From assembly GCA_963837955.1 (NCBI GenBank), contig CAWIPH010000002.1:2400001-2464000 (forward strand): 64,000 nt of DNA. The letters are read 5' to 3'. The stretch's first letter is position 1; each line of letters begins with the position of its first letter. The translations under genes were made by a program, and so were the position numbers. Source of the DNA: an uncultured Verrucomicrobiae bacterium (GTDB lineage Bacteria > Verrucomicrobiota > Verrucomicrobiia > Chthoniobacterales > JAFAMB01). Below, one piece after another: positions 28,806 through 39,149 of this stretch. Below the pieces are notes generated by a model. It was not told where the DNA came from, searched no databases, and worked only from the letters and a program-made list of their open reading frames with translations.

Positions 28806-29444
28806 TTAGTCCCGCTTCTTGTCCAACGCGCTAGCAGCCATGCGCCAGCCAAGTATAACAAAGAGGGCTCCAAAGAGACGCTCGATGGCGACCTGATATT
28901 TCACGTAAAGGTTGCGGAGGCTAGGGGTGGAGAAAAGGCTGCATAACGCGATTCGCCAGAGCAGCGAAATCAGGACAATCTCACTCCATATAGCCACTTT
29001 GACTAAACCAGACGTATCAAGGCGAAGCGATACGGCGAAGATACTGCCAAAAAACAGGATGGTCTTGGGGTTCGACAGATCAGTGGCCAGACCTCGAAGA
29101 AAACACTGCCACAGTCCAGGAACTTGGCTGCACTTGATACCGTCGGGGACAATACTTTTACCTAGGCACATTCGGATCCCTAAGAAAGTGAGGTAGGCAG
29201 CTCCGGCTAGCTTCAGTGCCTGGAAAAGCCATTCGCCTTGCGAGGTGAAGGTTGAGAAACCCAAGAGACCGATCATTGCGTAGAGCCCGTCACCGGTCAC
29301 CGCGCCCAGACCGGTGAAAAGTCCGGAGCGTTGACCCCCGCGTAGCGTGCTTTCAACGACCGCCAAAAAATTTGGTCCTGGGCTCACCAACCCGAGAAAG
29401 AAAAGCATTCCTGCGACTAGAACCGACTGAAACTCGGGCATCAT
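28806..29444 (-). CDS. LysE/RhtB family exporter
   Basis: SPGPNF, GAAYL and LSNPKTILFF motifs. Confidence 0.9.
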   Translation of the reverse strand: MMPEFQSVLVAGMLFFLGLVSPGPNFLAVVESTLRGGQRSGLFTGLGAVTGDGLYAMIGLLGFSTFTSQGEWLFQALKLAGAAYLTFLGIRMCLGKSIVPDGIKCSQVPGLWQCFLRGLATDLSNPKTILFFGSIFAVSLRLDTSGLVKVAIWSEIVLISLLWRIALCSLFSTPSLRNLYVKYQVAIERLFGALFVILGWRMAASALDKKRD

Positions 29445-29579
29445 TAGAATTCCGTACGCGTTTTGTGGATGCGCAGCTAGTCGATTTTTAGATGCTTAGA
29501 TTCTTCAGCGAATAAAAAAAGCAAATCGACACCCACCTCTTTGCATCCGCGAATCTGAGAACAGCGCATCAATTCGCGC

Positions 29580-30944
29580 GTGCTCAAGCTTTCCTACCTT
29601 TCTTTTTTGTTAGGCGGTTGCGCCTTAGCCGGATTCGGGCTGTGGAAAATCACGGTTTCGACTGTTGTCTCTTCGCCCGCGATTAAAACAACGGAGAGAG
29701 TTTCAGCTCCGCCCAACAGTCCGTGTGCAATCGCTCTCGTGCCGCACGGCGGTGTCGAACAGATCGACCACGAAATAAGGCATCTGCAGGATGAAGCTCG
29801 GGCCGCTTCGAAGCGGAGTGAGACGATCAAACGCCTGGGATGGGCGTTCATCACAAAGGCCCGTTTAAGCTACGATCCTGGCTACTACAAGCTCGCGGAG
29901 CAGTGCTCACTCTGCGTGGAATCAGAGAACGCCAACGATCCAGACGCCATCCTGCTCCAAGGTCATATCTTGGACAGCTTGCACAAGTTCAAGGAAGCGG
30001 AATCCGTTGCGCGCAAACTGGTAACGATTCGGAATGAGGCGCTCGACCACGGGTTGTTAGGAGATGTCTTGATGGAACAGGGGCAGTTAGATCAAGCGGT
30101 AGTCTCCTATCAACAGATGATTAACCTCAGGCCGGACCTGCAAAGCTATACCCGGATAGCTCATATGCGCTGGTTAAAGGGCGATCTCGAAGGCGCGATC
30201 GAAGTGATGCAGATGGCGGTGACAGGAGGCAGTCCGCGTGAATCGGAACCGACCGCATGGGCTTATACGCGGTTAGGTTTTTATGAACTACAAGCTGGCA
30301 ATAGTGAGATTGCCGCAAAATCAGCGGGAATCGCGCTGCAATTCACAGACAATTACGCGGTCGCGCTTCTTCTGCGCGGCCGGATCCTGTTGACCCAAGG
30401 TAAAGGTGTGGAGGCTATTGAATCTCTCCAACATGCAGCAACTCTCACTTCGCTGCCGGAGTACCAATGGACGCTGGCAGACGCCTTGAGAGAAGTGGGT
30501 AAAGCGCAGGCGGCGGAAGATGTGGAGAGCCAATTAATCAGGAATGGTGCGGTTAACGATCCGCGGACGTTTGCGCTTTATCTGGCAACCAGAGGTCAAC
30601 GAATCCAACAGGCACTCGCGCTAGCTGAAGAGGAACTGAAGACTCGCGCTGATGTCTTTACTCTGGACGCCGTTGCGTGGGCCTTAAAAGCCAATGGACG
30701 CCTCGATGAAGCGCGGGATTACTCCGAAAGGTCGCGGAAGGAAGGAACGCTGGACGCCCGACTTTTTTATCATGCCGGGTCTATCGCCATGGCGCGATGC
30801 GACTACGCGGATGCTCGAGAGTGTTTCAGGCGAGCCGACCAAATCAAACAGACCCTGATGCCTTCAGAAAGAGACGATTTGAACAAACAATTTGCTGCGC
30901 TCAACGAGCTGGAAAAATCCCCCGCTATCACGCTCAGCAAGTAA
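29580..30944 (+). CDS. Membrane-anchored or exported TPR protein
   Basis: N-terminal hydrophobic segment followed by repeated TPR-like helices (LLGDVLMEQG, AWAL..NG, RLFYHAG). Confidence 0.8.
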   Translation: MLKLSYLSFLLGGCALAGFGLWKITVSTVVSSPAIKTTERVSAPPNSPCAIALVPHGGVEQIDHEIRHLQDEARAASKRSETIKRLGWAFITKARLSYDPGYYKLAEQCSLCVESENANDPDAILLQGHILDSLHKFKEAESVARKLVTIRNEALDHGLLGDVLMEQGQLDQAVVSYQQMINLRPDLQSYTRIAHMRWLKGDLEGAIEVMQMAVTGGSPRESEPTAWAYTRLGFYELQAGNSEIAAKSAGIALQFTDNYAVALLLRGRILLTQGKGVEAIESLQHAATLTSLPEYQWTLADALREVGKAQAAEDVESQLIRNGAVNDPRTFALYLATRGQRIQQALALAEEELKTRADVFTLDAVAWALKANGRLDEARDYSERSRKEGTLDARLFYHAGSIAMARCDYADARECFRRADQIKQTLMPSERDDLNKQFAALNELEKSPAITLSK

Positions 30945-30948
30945 CCCA

Positions 30949-32448
30949 ATGAACAAGAAAAACAAAAGAACCATGAAAGTTCCACGCAGAGCTTTTGCAA
31001 TTACCTGGCTCAGTGCGGCATTTTCCGCGCTAGTCCTCGCACCAGGCAGTGCCACGGCATCCAGTCATATGGATGCACCCCTTATAACCCTCGATCCGGC
31101 AGCTAACACTACAGACGTATACGCGTTCGTTTCACAGGTGAATGGGGTCAAATACCTCACGGCGGCTCTCGCCGTCTATCCATTTGAGGAGCCGAGCATC
31201 GGTCCGAACAAATATAACTTCGATGACAATGTGCTCTACGAGATCCACGTTTCCACCGGTGCCGACTTGCCAGTTGGGGAAGCGACGATTAGTTATCAAT
31301 TCAGATTCAAAACAACGTTCAAGAACGAAAACACGATTGCGCAATCTTTCCTCGGACCGATTCAACATGTTGACGACGCAAACCAGAATCTGACCCAACT
31401 CTATACCGTCACTAAAGTTGTCCGCAGCGAGAAACGCGAGGATAGCGGAAATCGAGTCGAGGTTCTCGGTGAGAATCTAACGGTCCCACCAAACAATCAG
31501 GGGCTAGTTACCCCGCACTATAACCAGGGCGAAAATGGCAATCTACCCGCCAAAGAAGGTGTTGCTGACCCCACGCTATTGGATGTCTATACTTCCGAGA
31601 CGATTCACAAGCTAGGCAAAGGCTATGTCGTGTTTGCCGGACAGAGAGATGACGGCTTTTATGCGAACATTCAGAGCATTTTCGACCTCGACACGACCTT
31701 CTCCGGCCCAGAAAGACCGTTAGACAGTCAAGCCGGATTTAACGTCCACACGATTGTAATCAATATTCCTGTCTCTGAATTGGGTGGTGACCAACAGATT
31801 GTCGGCGTGTATGCAACTACCAGCCGTAAAGCAATGACCGTGTTGCGCGATCCAAGAGCTCCTCGGCACTCGGGTGAATTTGTCCAGGTCGGTCGTCAAG
31901 GTAATCCCGCGTTCTGTGAGTTGCTGGTCGCCGGGAAGGACAAAGATCTCTATAATGAGACGCCACCGACGGTCGATCAGAGTCTCTTTAAAAAGTATGC
32001 CCTGGCTCCGGAGTTGGCCAAACTGCTAGGAGACCCGGCTAACTTGCAAACCAACAGAACCGATCTGGCCGGGATCTTCATTCCTGATTTGATCAAAGTC
32101 GACTTATCGACCGGGCCCGCCAATCTAGCAGGAGCTCCGAGTTTTAATCGACTCGGTATCTTCGGAGGAGATACGCTGATCAGCACGGTACAGCCAGGCT
32201 TCGGTAATGGAACTGTCCCCGGGGGTTGGCCAAACGGGCGCCGCTTCGGCGATGATGTTTTGGGGATCGCTGTCATAGCTATCTTGAGCGATCTCCGGAC
32301 GAGTCCGCCGACGATTTTCAAGGGATTTGATCCCAAGACGTTCAACGTCGGTGGCGTTATTCAGAACGACATCACCTACAACATGGTATTTCCATACGCG
32401 GCGACGCCCCACAACGGACGGGATAACCAGCATCACACTCAACCGTAG
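30949..32448 (+). CDS. DUF4331 family exported protein
   Basis: Signal peptide then SSHMDAP...TDVYAF, FAGQRDDGFY, QVGRQGNP, GWPNGRRFGDDV and FPY motifs. Confidence 0.82.
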   Translation: MNKKNKRTMKVPRRAFAITWLSAAFSALVLAPGSATASSHMDAPLITLDPAANTTDVYAFVSQVNGVKYLTAALAVYPFEEPSIGPNKYNFDDNVLYEIHVSTGADLPVGEATISYQFRFKTTFKNENTIAQSFLGPIQHVDDANQNLTQLYTVTKVVRSEKREDSGNRVEVLGENLTVPPNNQGLVTPHYNQGENGNLPAKEGVADPTLLDVYTSETIHKLGKGYVVFAGQRDDGFYANIQSIFDLDTTFSGPERPLDSQAGFNVHTIVINIPVSELGGDQQIVGVYATTSRKAMTVLRDPRAPRHSGEFVQVGRQGNPAFCELLVAGKDKDLYNETPPTVDQSLFKKYALAPELAKLLGDPANLQTNRTDLAGIFIPDLIKVDLSTGPANLAGAPSFNRLGIFGGDTLISTVQPGFGNGTVPGGWPNGRRFGDDVLGIAVIAILSDLRTSPPTIFKGFDPKTFNVGGVIQNDITYNMVFPYAATPHNGRDNQHHTQP

Positions 32449-32452
32449 TAAC

Positions 32453-32519
32453 GTAACCTGATGCTTCCTCCTTCGTTCCTCCCAAGCCCCCAAACTACGG
32501 CGGACAAGCCAGCCTCAGG
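32453..32519. repeat. GTAG-type palindrome interrupted by the hairpin element at 32466-32508
   Basis: GTAACCTGATGCT[insert]CCAGCCTCAGG; uninterrupted form at 39014/39149. Confidence 0.7.
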
Positions 32520-32688
32520 AAGCAAGTCAGTAATGAGTGATTGGTGAGAGGGTGGTGACATATTTCTGCTAAGGGTTTGCCGATAAGCATCCACCATTCA
32601 CCGATTACTTCTCACCAATCCCAATCGCGCTGCGGCCCGAGCGATCAGGCTACATTAACTGCGGCGGCGCCACGAAATCGGACTAACC

Positions 32689-33807
32689 TTGAAATCACCC
32701 ACCCAATTCCTAAGTTCTCGTTTTCGGCTATGTTCTAGTTTTGTTCTCTTCATCATCTGCGCATTGAACGCCCGGGCGCACGATCCTGGACTGAGCAGTG
32801 CGACGGTCACTGTCGGAGATCGACGGATCGAAGTACTTCTCGGTTTCGCGGAAAAGGATGTTGAATCCCTGCTTAACGCCACCGGGAATCAACCTGACAT
32901 CCGAAGTACCGAAGGATTTGAAACGAACCGGCCGCAACTCGAGTCTCTCGTCCCACGCGAAGTTAGTCTCTTCTTGGATGAGGTCACTGCGCGACCCAAC
33001 CAAGCGACCGCAAAACGCAAAGATAGCCAGAACATTGAAATTCTATTGCGTTTTGAAAGAACAAATGCCGCGCGGTTACGCCTGGTTTCAAAGCTTTTCG
33101 AAAGGCTACCTTTCGGCCACCGTGAGTTTGTGTCGGCTCGAACGACGGGCGGCGCTAGTCTTGGGGAAGTAATGCTCTCGGGGAGGGATACTTCGTTTCA
33201 GATTGACTTACCGGCGGTCGCAGCGTCCGCCACATCTTCGACTATCAGTCACTCTTTCGTCGCTTTTTTGATGCTTGGCGTGGAGCACATATTAACCGGT
33301 TACGATCATCTGCTCTTCCTGTTCGCGTTGCTGGTAGTCTGCCGAGATTTGCGCTCGATTTTGACGGTCATCACCTGTTTTACGGTCGCGCACTCAATCA
33401 CTCTTGGACTTTCTGCACTCGACGTTGTTCGACTGCCTGGCAGGATTGTCGAACCGTTGATCGCGGCCTCCATCGCGTATGTAGGTATCGAAAATCTGAT
33501 TCGAGGCGGCGCTCCCAAGTGGCGTTGGTTAGTAACGTTCTCATTCGGGCTGGTGCATGGACTTGGTTTTGCTGACGCTCTTAAAGAATTCGGAATCGGC
33601 TCCGGTCAATTTGGGATTGTTTTGCCCCTCGTCGGCTTCAACCTTGGCGTGGAGATCGGTCAGCTTTCCGTTGCGGCGGTTGTCCTCCCTATTCTGTGGC
33701 AACTCAGGAACAATCCTGGCTTCGTGCGACAATGGGTCCCGGTGTGCTCGCTGGCTGTCACGTTAGCCGGTAGCTACTGGATGGTGGAACGAATTCTGCA
33801 GAAATAG
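32689..33807 (+). CDS. HupE/UreJ family (HupE_UreJ_2-like) membrane protein with an N-terminal exported domain
   Basis: ARA|HD, LGVEHILTGYDHLLF, FTVAHSITL, FGLVHGLGFA and FNLGVEIGQ motifs. Confidence 0.88.
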   Translation: MKSPTQFLSSRFRLCSSFVLFIICALNARAHDPGLSSATVTVGDRRIEVLLGFAEKDVESLLNATGNQPDIRSTEGFETNRPQLESLVPREVSLFLDEVTARPNQATAKRKDSQNIEILLRFERTNAARLRLVSKLFERLPFGHREFVSARTTGGASLGEVMLSGRDTSFQIDLPAVAASATSSTISHSFVAFLMLGVEHILTGYDHLLFLFALLVVCRDLRSILTVITCFTVAHSITLGLSALDVVRLPGRIVEPLIAASIAYVGIENLIRGGAPKWRWLVTFSFGLVHGLGFADALKEFGIGSGQFGIVLPLVGFNLGVEIGQLSVAAVVLPILWQLRNNPGFVRQWVPVCSLAVTLAGSYWMVERILQK

Positions 33808-33826
33808 ATCGAAAGTAAGTTACCAG

Positions 33827-33973
33827 TCCTGCGGACGCGCATGTGGGTCAACCTGTGGCCGATGTGTGGGAGGGCGCACGTCCTCGTGCGCCGCGGATCG
33901 CGAGGACGCGATCCCTCCCCGGGTCCCCTCCGGGACATCGGCCACAGGTTGACGCAGGTGCGCACCCGCGGGA
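33827..33973. repeat. Nested palindrome: perfect 19-bp inverted repeat enclosing a GGGAGGG REP doublet
   Basis: GTCAACCTGTGGCCGATGT at 33847 and ACATCGGCCACAGGTTGAC ending at 33953; inner doublet related to 58935-59056. Confidence 0.75.
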
Positions 33974-34046
33974 TCCAGGTACGTTTTTATGGGGCGGTAA
34001 TCTATGAAAATCCGTGTAATCTGTGGCTTAGTTGTAGGCGGGCTCC

Positions 34047-34550
34047 ATGAGCACAGTTTCTAGGAAGTCTATCGATCCCGGCGTTCGCATCGGACATGTG
34101 CATTTGAAGGTGGCCAGCTTGGAACGCGCCCTCGGTTTCTATCATGGAGTGCTCGGCTTCGATGTCGTGCAGCGGTTTGGGGATGACGCCGCGTTTCTCT
34201 CGGCGGGCGGCTATCATCATCATATCGGATTGAACACCTGGGAAAGCGCGGGCGGCAAACCGCCGCCACCCGGTGCAACCGGGTTATATCACTTCGCCAT
34301 TATCTATCCAACGCGGGCGCGGCTTGCCGATGCGCTTTTGCGATTGTTGAATGCAAAGATTCCGTTAGATGGCGCTTCAGATCATGGGGTGAGCGAAGCA
34401 CTGTACCTGCACGATCCAGACTACAATGGCGTGGAGCTATACTGGGATCGGCCAAAGGAACAGTGGCCCCGTGCGGCGGACGGGGAGATCACCATGTACA
34501 CTCATCCGCTCGATCTCGAAGCACTCCTGGCGGCGGCAGGATCGCGGTAG
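34047..34550 (+). CDS. VOC/glyoxalase family protein (CatE-like single domain)
   Basis: GHVHLKV, YHHHIGLNTW and DHGVSEALYLHDPD.NGVELY motifs. Confidence 0.85.
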   Translation: MSTVSRKSIDPGVRIGHVHLKVASLERALGFYHGVLGFDVVQRFGDDAAFLSAGGYHHHIGLNTWESAGGKPPPPGATGLYHFAIIYPTRARLADALLRLLNAKIPLDGASDHGVSEALYLHDPDYNGVELYWDRPKEQWPRAADGEITMYTHPLDLEALLAAAGSR

Positions 34551-34620
34551 TGGTGGGGGGACTCGGTAAGGGAACTCGCGAGATAGGGGACGCCCGTGAT
34601 CGGGCATTCGGACAGGTCTT

Positions 34621-35220
34621 TTAGTCCGGCGGATTGGCTGCTGGAATTGCCACTTTTCCGCGATCCGCATTCAGTTCCTGGCCGGGCGGCAGCTGTAATT
34701 CCGCGGCGATATCGGTGTCCGTCAACACTGTACCCGGACCGACCTTTGTTTGCCATCCCGGGGGCAACGCCCTGCCCCGATCGAGGTTCAGTTCCAGTCC
34801 AGGCGGAAGTCCATCAACAAATCCCTTCTTCTTGCCGGGAAGAGTTTCATTCTTAGCCACTTGCGTAATGTGGTCGGAATGATGATGGCCTCGAGAGTGA
34901 TGCGCGAGTGCCCTAGAGGTCGTATGGCTAGTGGCTCGGCCTCTGGCGTGATTGGTTCCTGCCTTCGAGAGGCTGTGTGAGTGGCTGCCTCGAGTCGATA
35001 CGGTATTGCTGTTGTTGCTATGCCCAAAGCCCTGACTCATACCATGTCCCACGCCCACTGAACCATCGCCGCCACCGTGGCCACCACCATTCCCCCCTCC
35101 GGCCCCGTTACCGCCACCACCAGCACCACCGCCGCCCCCTCCGGCGCCATGCGCTAGAGCGGAAACCGCCACGCCTGTCGAAATCGTGAAAGACAACAGG
35201 GAGAACAGGATCGTTTTCAC
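34621..35220 (-). CDS. Exported Gly/His-rich protein with PPG motifs (RcnB/CigR-like)
   Basis: Signal peptide ending ALA|HG, poly-Gly, His clusters and LPPGL...G..LPPGW. Confidence 0.6.
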   Translation of the reverse strand: MKTILFSLLSFTISTGVAVSALAHGAGGGGGGAGGGGNGAGGGNGGGHGGGDGSVGVGHGMSQGFGHSNNSNTVSTRGSHSHSLSKAGTNHARGRATSHTTSRALAHHSRGHHHSDHITQVAKNETLPGKKKGFVDGLPPGLELNLDRGRALPPGWQTKVGPGTVLTDTDIAAELQLPPGQELNADRGKVAIPAANPPD

Positions 35221-35582
35221 GATCTGTTTCGACGGACAAGAGTAAAAGAAAATTCGAAGATTTCTCGGAAGAACCAGAAATCAACCGCTGGCTGCCAGTG
35301 TGCTCATAGCCGTAGCCGGATCGAAGTAGCGCGGCGCCGATGTCTGGTTTCGCTCCGATATTCTTTGGCGTCAGGCTGCTATGCTGGCCGGCAGTGCCCG
35401 CATGCCCATAGGTCGGAGGGGAGCCGCTTGCGGCTCCCGGGAACACCCCTGGTTCTGAAACGGCCCTGGACTATTCCAAGCGTCGCACATGTCCGACGAA
35501 ACCTTCCACACCGACTAAATCATGGCGAAACAAATTGCCGAAGTCGGAAGCAACGCCCCTCCGCGCGCATTGGTAAAACACA

Positions 35583-36578
35583 TTAGAATATCCGGAGCGG
35601 AATTTCGGCGGGAGCGGCCAGGAGTGAGTCGATCTCGTCGTCCAGGCGGATTAACGTGAGCGACATACCCGCCATTTCGAGCGACGTACAATAGTTACCG
35701 ACATAGTTGCGAACGACCTGGAGACCCCTCTTTTCGGAGAGCTGTGCCGCGCGACGGTAAAGCACGTAGAGTTCGCTGATCGGCGTGCCGCCAAGCCCGT
35801 TAATCATCAATCCGACCTTATCACCGGATTTAAACGGTAGATCGCCGGCTACCGCTTCAAAGACCTCTTCAACAATTGCGTCGGCAGACTGCAATTTCGC
35901 TCGCCGCCGGCCAGGTTCACCGTGGATGCCAACTCCAATCTCCATCTCGTCATCGGCCAATTCAAAGATCGGCTTGCCTTTTGCGGGTGGCGTACAACCG
36001 GTCAGTGCGACGCCCATCGTCCGAACAACCGAATTCACTTTCTTACCGAGCTCTACCAGTTGGTCGAGCGAGCGACCGGCTTCCGCGGCGGCGCCGCAAG
36101 CTTTGATCACGAAAAAATTTCCAGCTACGCCACGGCGTCCAACGGTGTAAGTGCTGTTCTGAACAGAAACGTCGTCGTCGATAATAACCGTTTCGATCTT
36201 GATCCCCTCAGCTTCGGCCACTTCTTTGGCCATATCCCAGCACATCCGATCTCCCTGATAATTATTGATTAGATGAAGAACTCCCTTGGGCGAATTCATC
36301 AATTTGGTGCAAGCCAGCACATACTCCATCGGAGGAGCAGCAAACACGTTACCCGGACATGCGGCATCAAGCATGCCACGGCCAACGACCATGACGTGGG
36401 CAGGTTCATGGCCACTTCCTGATCCTTGAATGACTGATACTCTATTGGGGTTCGGCGCATCGGCGCGATAGATGATGTTGTGTTCCGGTATCCACTTCAG
36501 GGTCTTTGGATTGGCCAAAGCCAAGCCTTCTAGCATTTCGTGGACAAAATCTGCGGGATCGTTAACGAACTTTTTCAT
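35583..36578 (-). CDS. dhaK: Dihydroxyacetone kinase subunit K
   Basis: GSGHEP, NYQGD, GRRGVAG, GIHGEPG and TSLEMAG motifs; start ATG 36578. Confidence 0.9.
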   Translation of the reverse strand: MKKFVNDPADFVHEMLEGLALANPKTLKWIPEHNIIYRADAPNPNRVSVIQGSGSGHEPAHVMVVGRGMLDAACPGNVFAAPPMEYVLACTKLMNSPKGVLHLINNYQGDRMCWDMAKEVAEAEGIKIETVIIDDDVSVQNSTYTVGRRGVAGNFFVIKACGAAAEAGRSLDQLVELGKKVNSVVRTMGVALTGCTPPAKGKPIFELADDEMEIGVGIHGEPGRRRAKLQSADAIVEEVFEAVAGDLPFKSGDKVGLMINGLGGTPISELYVLYRRAAQLSEKRGLQVVRNYVGNYCTSLEMAGMSLTLIRLDDEIDSLLAAPAEIPLRIF

Positions 36579-36624
36579 GGGGGGATTTTGGTGGTGGTTC
36601 TGAGGATTCGGGGAAGGAATTCGG

Positions 36625-37272
36625 CTAAGAGGTAACCGGAGCAAATCGGGAAGTGAGGGCCTGCATGATCGTGGCGATCGCGACCACTCCCGGGTCGAGC
36701 GTTCCAGCGCTCCGTTCTCCGGTAAACGATTGCCGGCCACGGCGCGCAACCCAGGGCCGGGTAGCCTCTATACTCGCAGTTGCTCTGTCGGCAGCCTCAC
36801 GCAAAGTCGTTATTAACGAGCATTCAGAATCTTGAGCTCGCTCTTCGACTGTGGCCGCGACTGGTTCTAGCGCGTCGAGAATCGTCTTGTCACCGAGACT
36901 GGCGCCACCGCGCGCTTGGATTCCAGCCATGGCGTTACGCAGCATGGCACCGAGTTCAGTGAGCGTGACTGATTCTTTGCCGCGCGAAAGCGCACCGGCG
37001 CGAATGAAACCGGTTCCCCATAATGGTCCGGAACATCCACCAACGTGACCCGTAATCGTGATCCCTATGCCCGAGAGGAGTGATCCGATCGACGATCGGT
37101 CCAAGGACTCCCATTTATTGAGTACTGTACGAAAACCGGTGGCCAGCGAAGTTCCAAAGTCGCCATCTCCGCACGTCCCATCTAGCTCAGAAAAATAGTG
37201 TTCATTGCTGATGGCGGTATCCGCAACCGTGCGTACGGCATTTTCTATGTCCGACAGACTGATAGATTTCAT
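36625..37272 (-). CDS. dhaL: Dihydroxyacetone kinase subunit L
   Basis: LDxxxGDGDFG, GGxSGPLWG, GDKTILDAL and GERSxGxLDPG motifs. Confidence 0.9.
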   Translation of the reverse strand: MKSISLSDIENAVRTVADTAISNEHYFSELDGTCGDGDFGTSLATGFRTVLNKWESLDRSSIGSLLSGIGITITGHVGGCSGPLWGTGFIRAGALSRGKESVTLTELGAMLRNAMAGIQARGGASLGDKTILDALEPVAATVEERAQDSECSLITTLREAADRATASIEATRPWVARRGRQSFTGERSAGTLDPGVVAIATIMQALTSRFAPVTS

Positions 37273-37275
37273 AAC

Positions 37276-38004
37276 TTACATTGACGGGGTCGGGGAATGC
37301 AGATGGCGCTGCAAATCGCTCAAGCTGACGTGCGGTCCTGGTGGATCACCCAGCTCAGGATATACGGCGGCGGCTTCATGAAAATCTTCCGCCACGGTGT
37401 AAGCGCTGGTCGTGATCGCACAGGTAATTCCAGCGCGAATCGCAGCGAGTAAGCCATTATGGCTGTCTTCGATCACCAAGCAGCGTGCCGGATCAAGTTG
37501 AAGACGTTGAATTGCTAACTGATAGATCGCCGGATCTGGCTTCTTTTGGCTGACGATATCTCCCGCAAAGATGCCGGTAAACTTGGCCTGCCGCTCGGGG
37601 CCCAGGAGTCGTCCAACCACGCCGGTGACCGCTCTTTCATTGGATGTAGAGCAAACCGCCAACCGAACGCCGGCTGAGTATGCATCATCAACGATGCGAT
37701 TGATTCCGCTGCGGACTGGCAGATCGCCGGATTCGATTAACTGGATGAAATAGTCTGTCTTGAGCTGGTGCAATCGCTTAATCAACGCATCGCGATCGAC
37801 TGTTTCCACGGGCCACCCGATCTCGTCGAAATAGGACCGCATGCGTTCTTTACCGCCCGCGATTTTCAGGAGATCGCCGTATTCCTTGATACTCCATTCA
37901 AACGGTAAACCGAGAGCCGCGAAGGCGCGGTTGAAGGCTACGCGGTGACCGTCTCGCTCGGTATCCACGAGGACGCCGTCGCAATCAAAAATGAGCGCAT
38001 CCAT
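37276..38004 (-). CDS. HAD-IA sugar-phosphate phosphatase, CbbY-like
   Basis: FDCDGVLVDTERDGHRVAFN, GGKERM, KKPDPAIY and IEDS motifs. Confidence 0.85.
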   Translation of the reverse strand: MDALIFDCDGVLVDTERDGHRVAFNRAFAALGLPFEWSIKEYGDLLKIAGGKERMRSYFDEIGWPVETVDRDALIKRLHQLKTDYFIQLIESGDLPVRSGINRIVDDAYSAGVRLAVCSTSNERAVTGVVGRLLGPERQAKFTGIFAGDIVSQKKPDPAIYQLAIQRLQLDPARCLVIEDSHNGLLAAIRAGITCAITTSAYTVAEDFHEAAAVYPELGDPPGPHVSLSDLQRHLHSPTPSM

Positions 38005-38013
38005 ATCGAGAAA

Positions 38014-38883
38014 CTACGTACCAACCGATTGGGCCCTTCCGGCACCTCCGAACTGCCGGATCTTCTCTGTAGCCAGCGCTGTTACTGCAGCAGCCTGAGC
38101 CGCGAGCGGCTTCAACGGTTCGTATTCTTCCGGATGTTCCTGATGATAGGAGACAAAGCTATCGATGAAAACGTGCTTCAAGTTGGTGGAGATGTTTACC
38201 TTGGAGCAGCCAAGCTTGATGCAGCGTTGGATGATTTCGTCGGAAAGACCGGTACCTCCATGCAATGCCAGAGGGGTAGAAGTTCCGTGACTGATTGCTT
38301 CCAGTACATCCCAGGCGATGGTTGGTTCGTGTTTGTAAAAACCGTGTGCCGTGCCAATCGCGGGCGCGAACACCGCTAAGTCCACCTCCCGGCAGAACGC
38401 GAAAGCCTGTTCGACATTGGCAGTGTGATCTTTTCCTTCGGCAACGATCACGTCTTCCTCGACCCCACCGATCTCGCCTAGTTCGGCTTCTACGCCGACG
38501 CCGCGTTTGCCGGCTAAAGCCACGATCTCTTTCGTTAACGCAAGGTTTTCTTCGTACGGTTTGTCGGACGCGTCGATCATGACCGACGTCCAACCGGTTT
38601 CAATGCAACGGGCGATCATCTTGGGGTCTTTCCCGTGATCAAGATGTAGCGCGATAGGAGCCGGCGACGCATCAGCCAACTCATGGGCCCAGCTCACGAT
38701 TGGCTCGTGCCCGTAAAATTTCACCGTCTTGGCGGACGTTTGGAGAATCACCGGAGCCTTTAGCGTCGTTGCGGCAGCAACAATCGCTTTCATCGAACCG
38801 TAATCCACCGGATTGAACGCCGCCACCGCCCAGCCATCGCGTCGGGCAACAGCCAGCATCTGTTTCATGCTAACGAGAGGCAT
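38014..38883 (-). CDS. Class II ketose-bisphosphate aldolase
   Basis: LHLDHG, SVMIDAS, VEAELG, IGTAHG, LALHGGTG and KVNIST motifs. Confidence 0.9.
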   Translation of the reverse strand: MPLVSMKQMLAVARRDGWAVAAFNPVDYGSMKAIVAAATTLKAPVILQTSAKTVKFYGHEPIVSWAHELADASPAPIALHLDHGKDPKMIARCIETGWTSVMIDASDKPYEENLALTKEIVALAGKRGVGVEAELGEIGGVEEDVIVAEGKDHTANVEQAFAFCREVDLAVFAPAIGTAHGFYKHEPTIAWDVLEAISHGTSTPLALHGGTGLSDEIIQRCIKLGCSKVNISTNLKHVFIDSFVSYHQEHPEEYEPLKPLAAQAAAVTALATEKIRQFGGAGRAQSVGT

Positions 38884-39013
38884 ACAAAATGGGATAGGAT
38901 TTGGCCCCACCGCCAGCCCTGCGTCCGGCGATCCCTGAAAAAGCGTTCCGAGAAGGAGTTAAGACGATTGTGCTCCGTCCGTAAAATCGCCCTTTGCTCA
39001 AATTGTTGACCGA

Positions 39014-39149
39014 GTAGCCTGATCCTCCAGCCTCAGGGAGAGGGTGATTGGTGAGAAGTGATTGGTGATTGGCGAAAGGCTTCCACCATTCACTAATCAC
39101 TAATCACCGATCACAATCACCCCGCCCTGAGGCTGGAGCATCAGGCTAC
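39014..39149. repeat. GTAG-tagged inverted element enclosing complementary heptamer arrays
   Basis: GTAGCCTGATCCTCCAGCCTCAGG...CCTGAGGCTGGAGCATCAGGCTAC with internal GTGATTG and (T/C)AATCAC repeats; overlaps the LacI stop codon. Confidence 0.75.

Noticed and set aside
37276..38004. Calvin cycle inferred from the CbbY-like gene
   Set aside because: No Rubisco or phosphoribulokinase in the window
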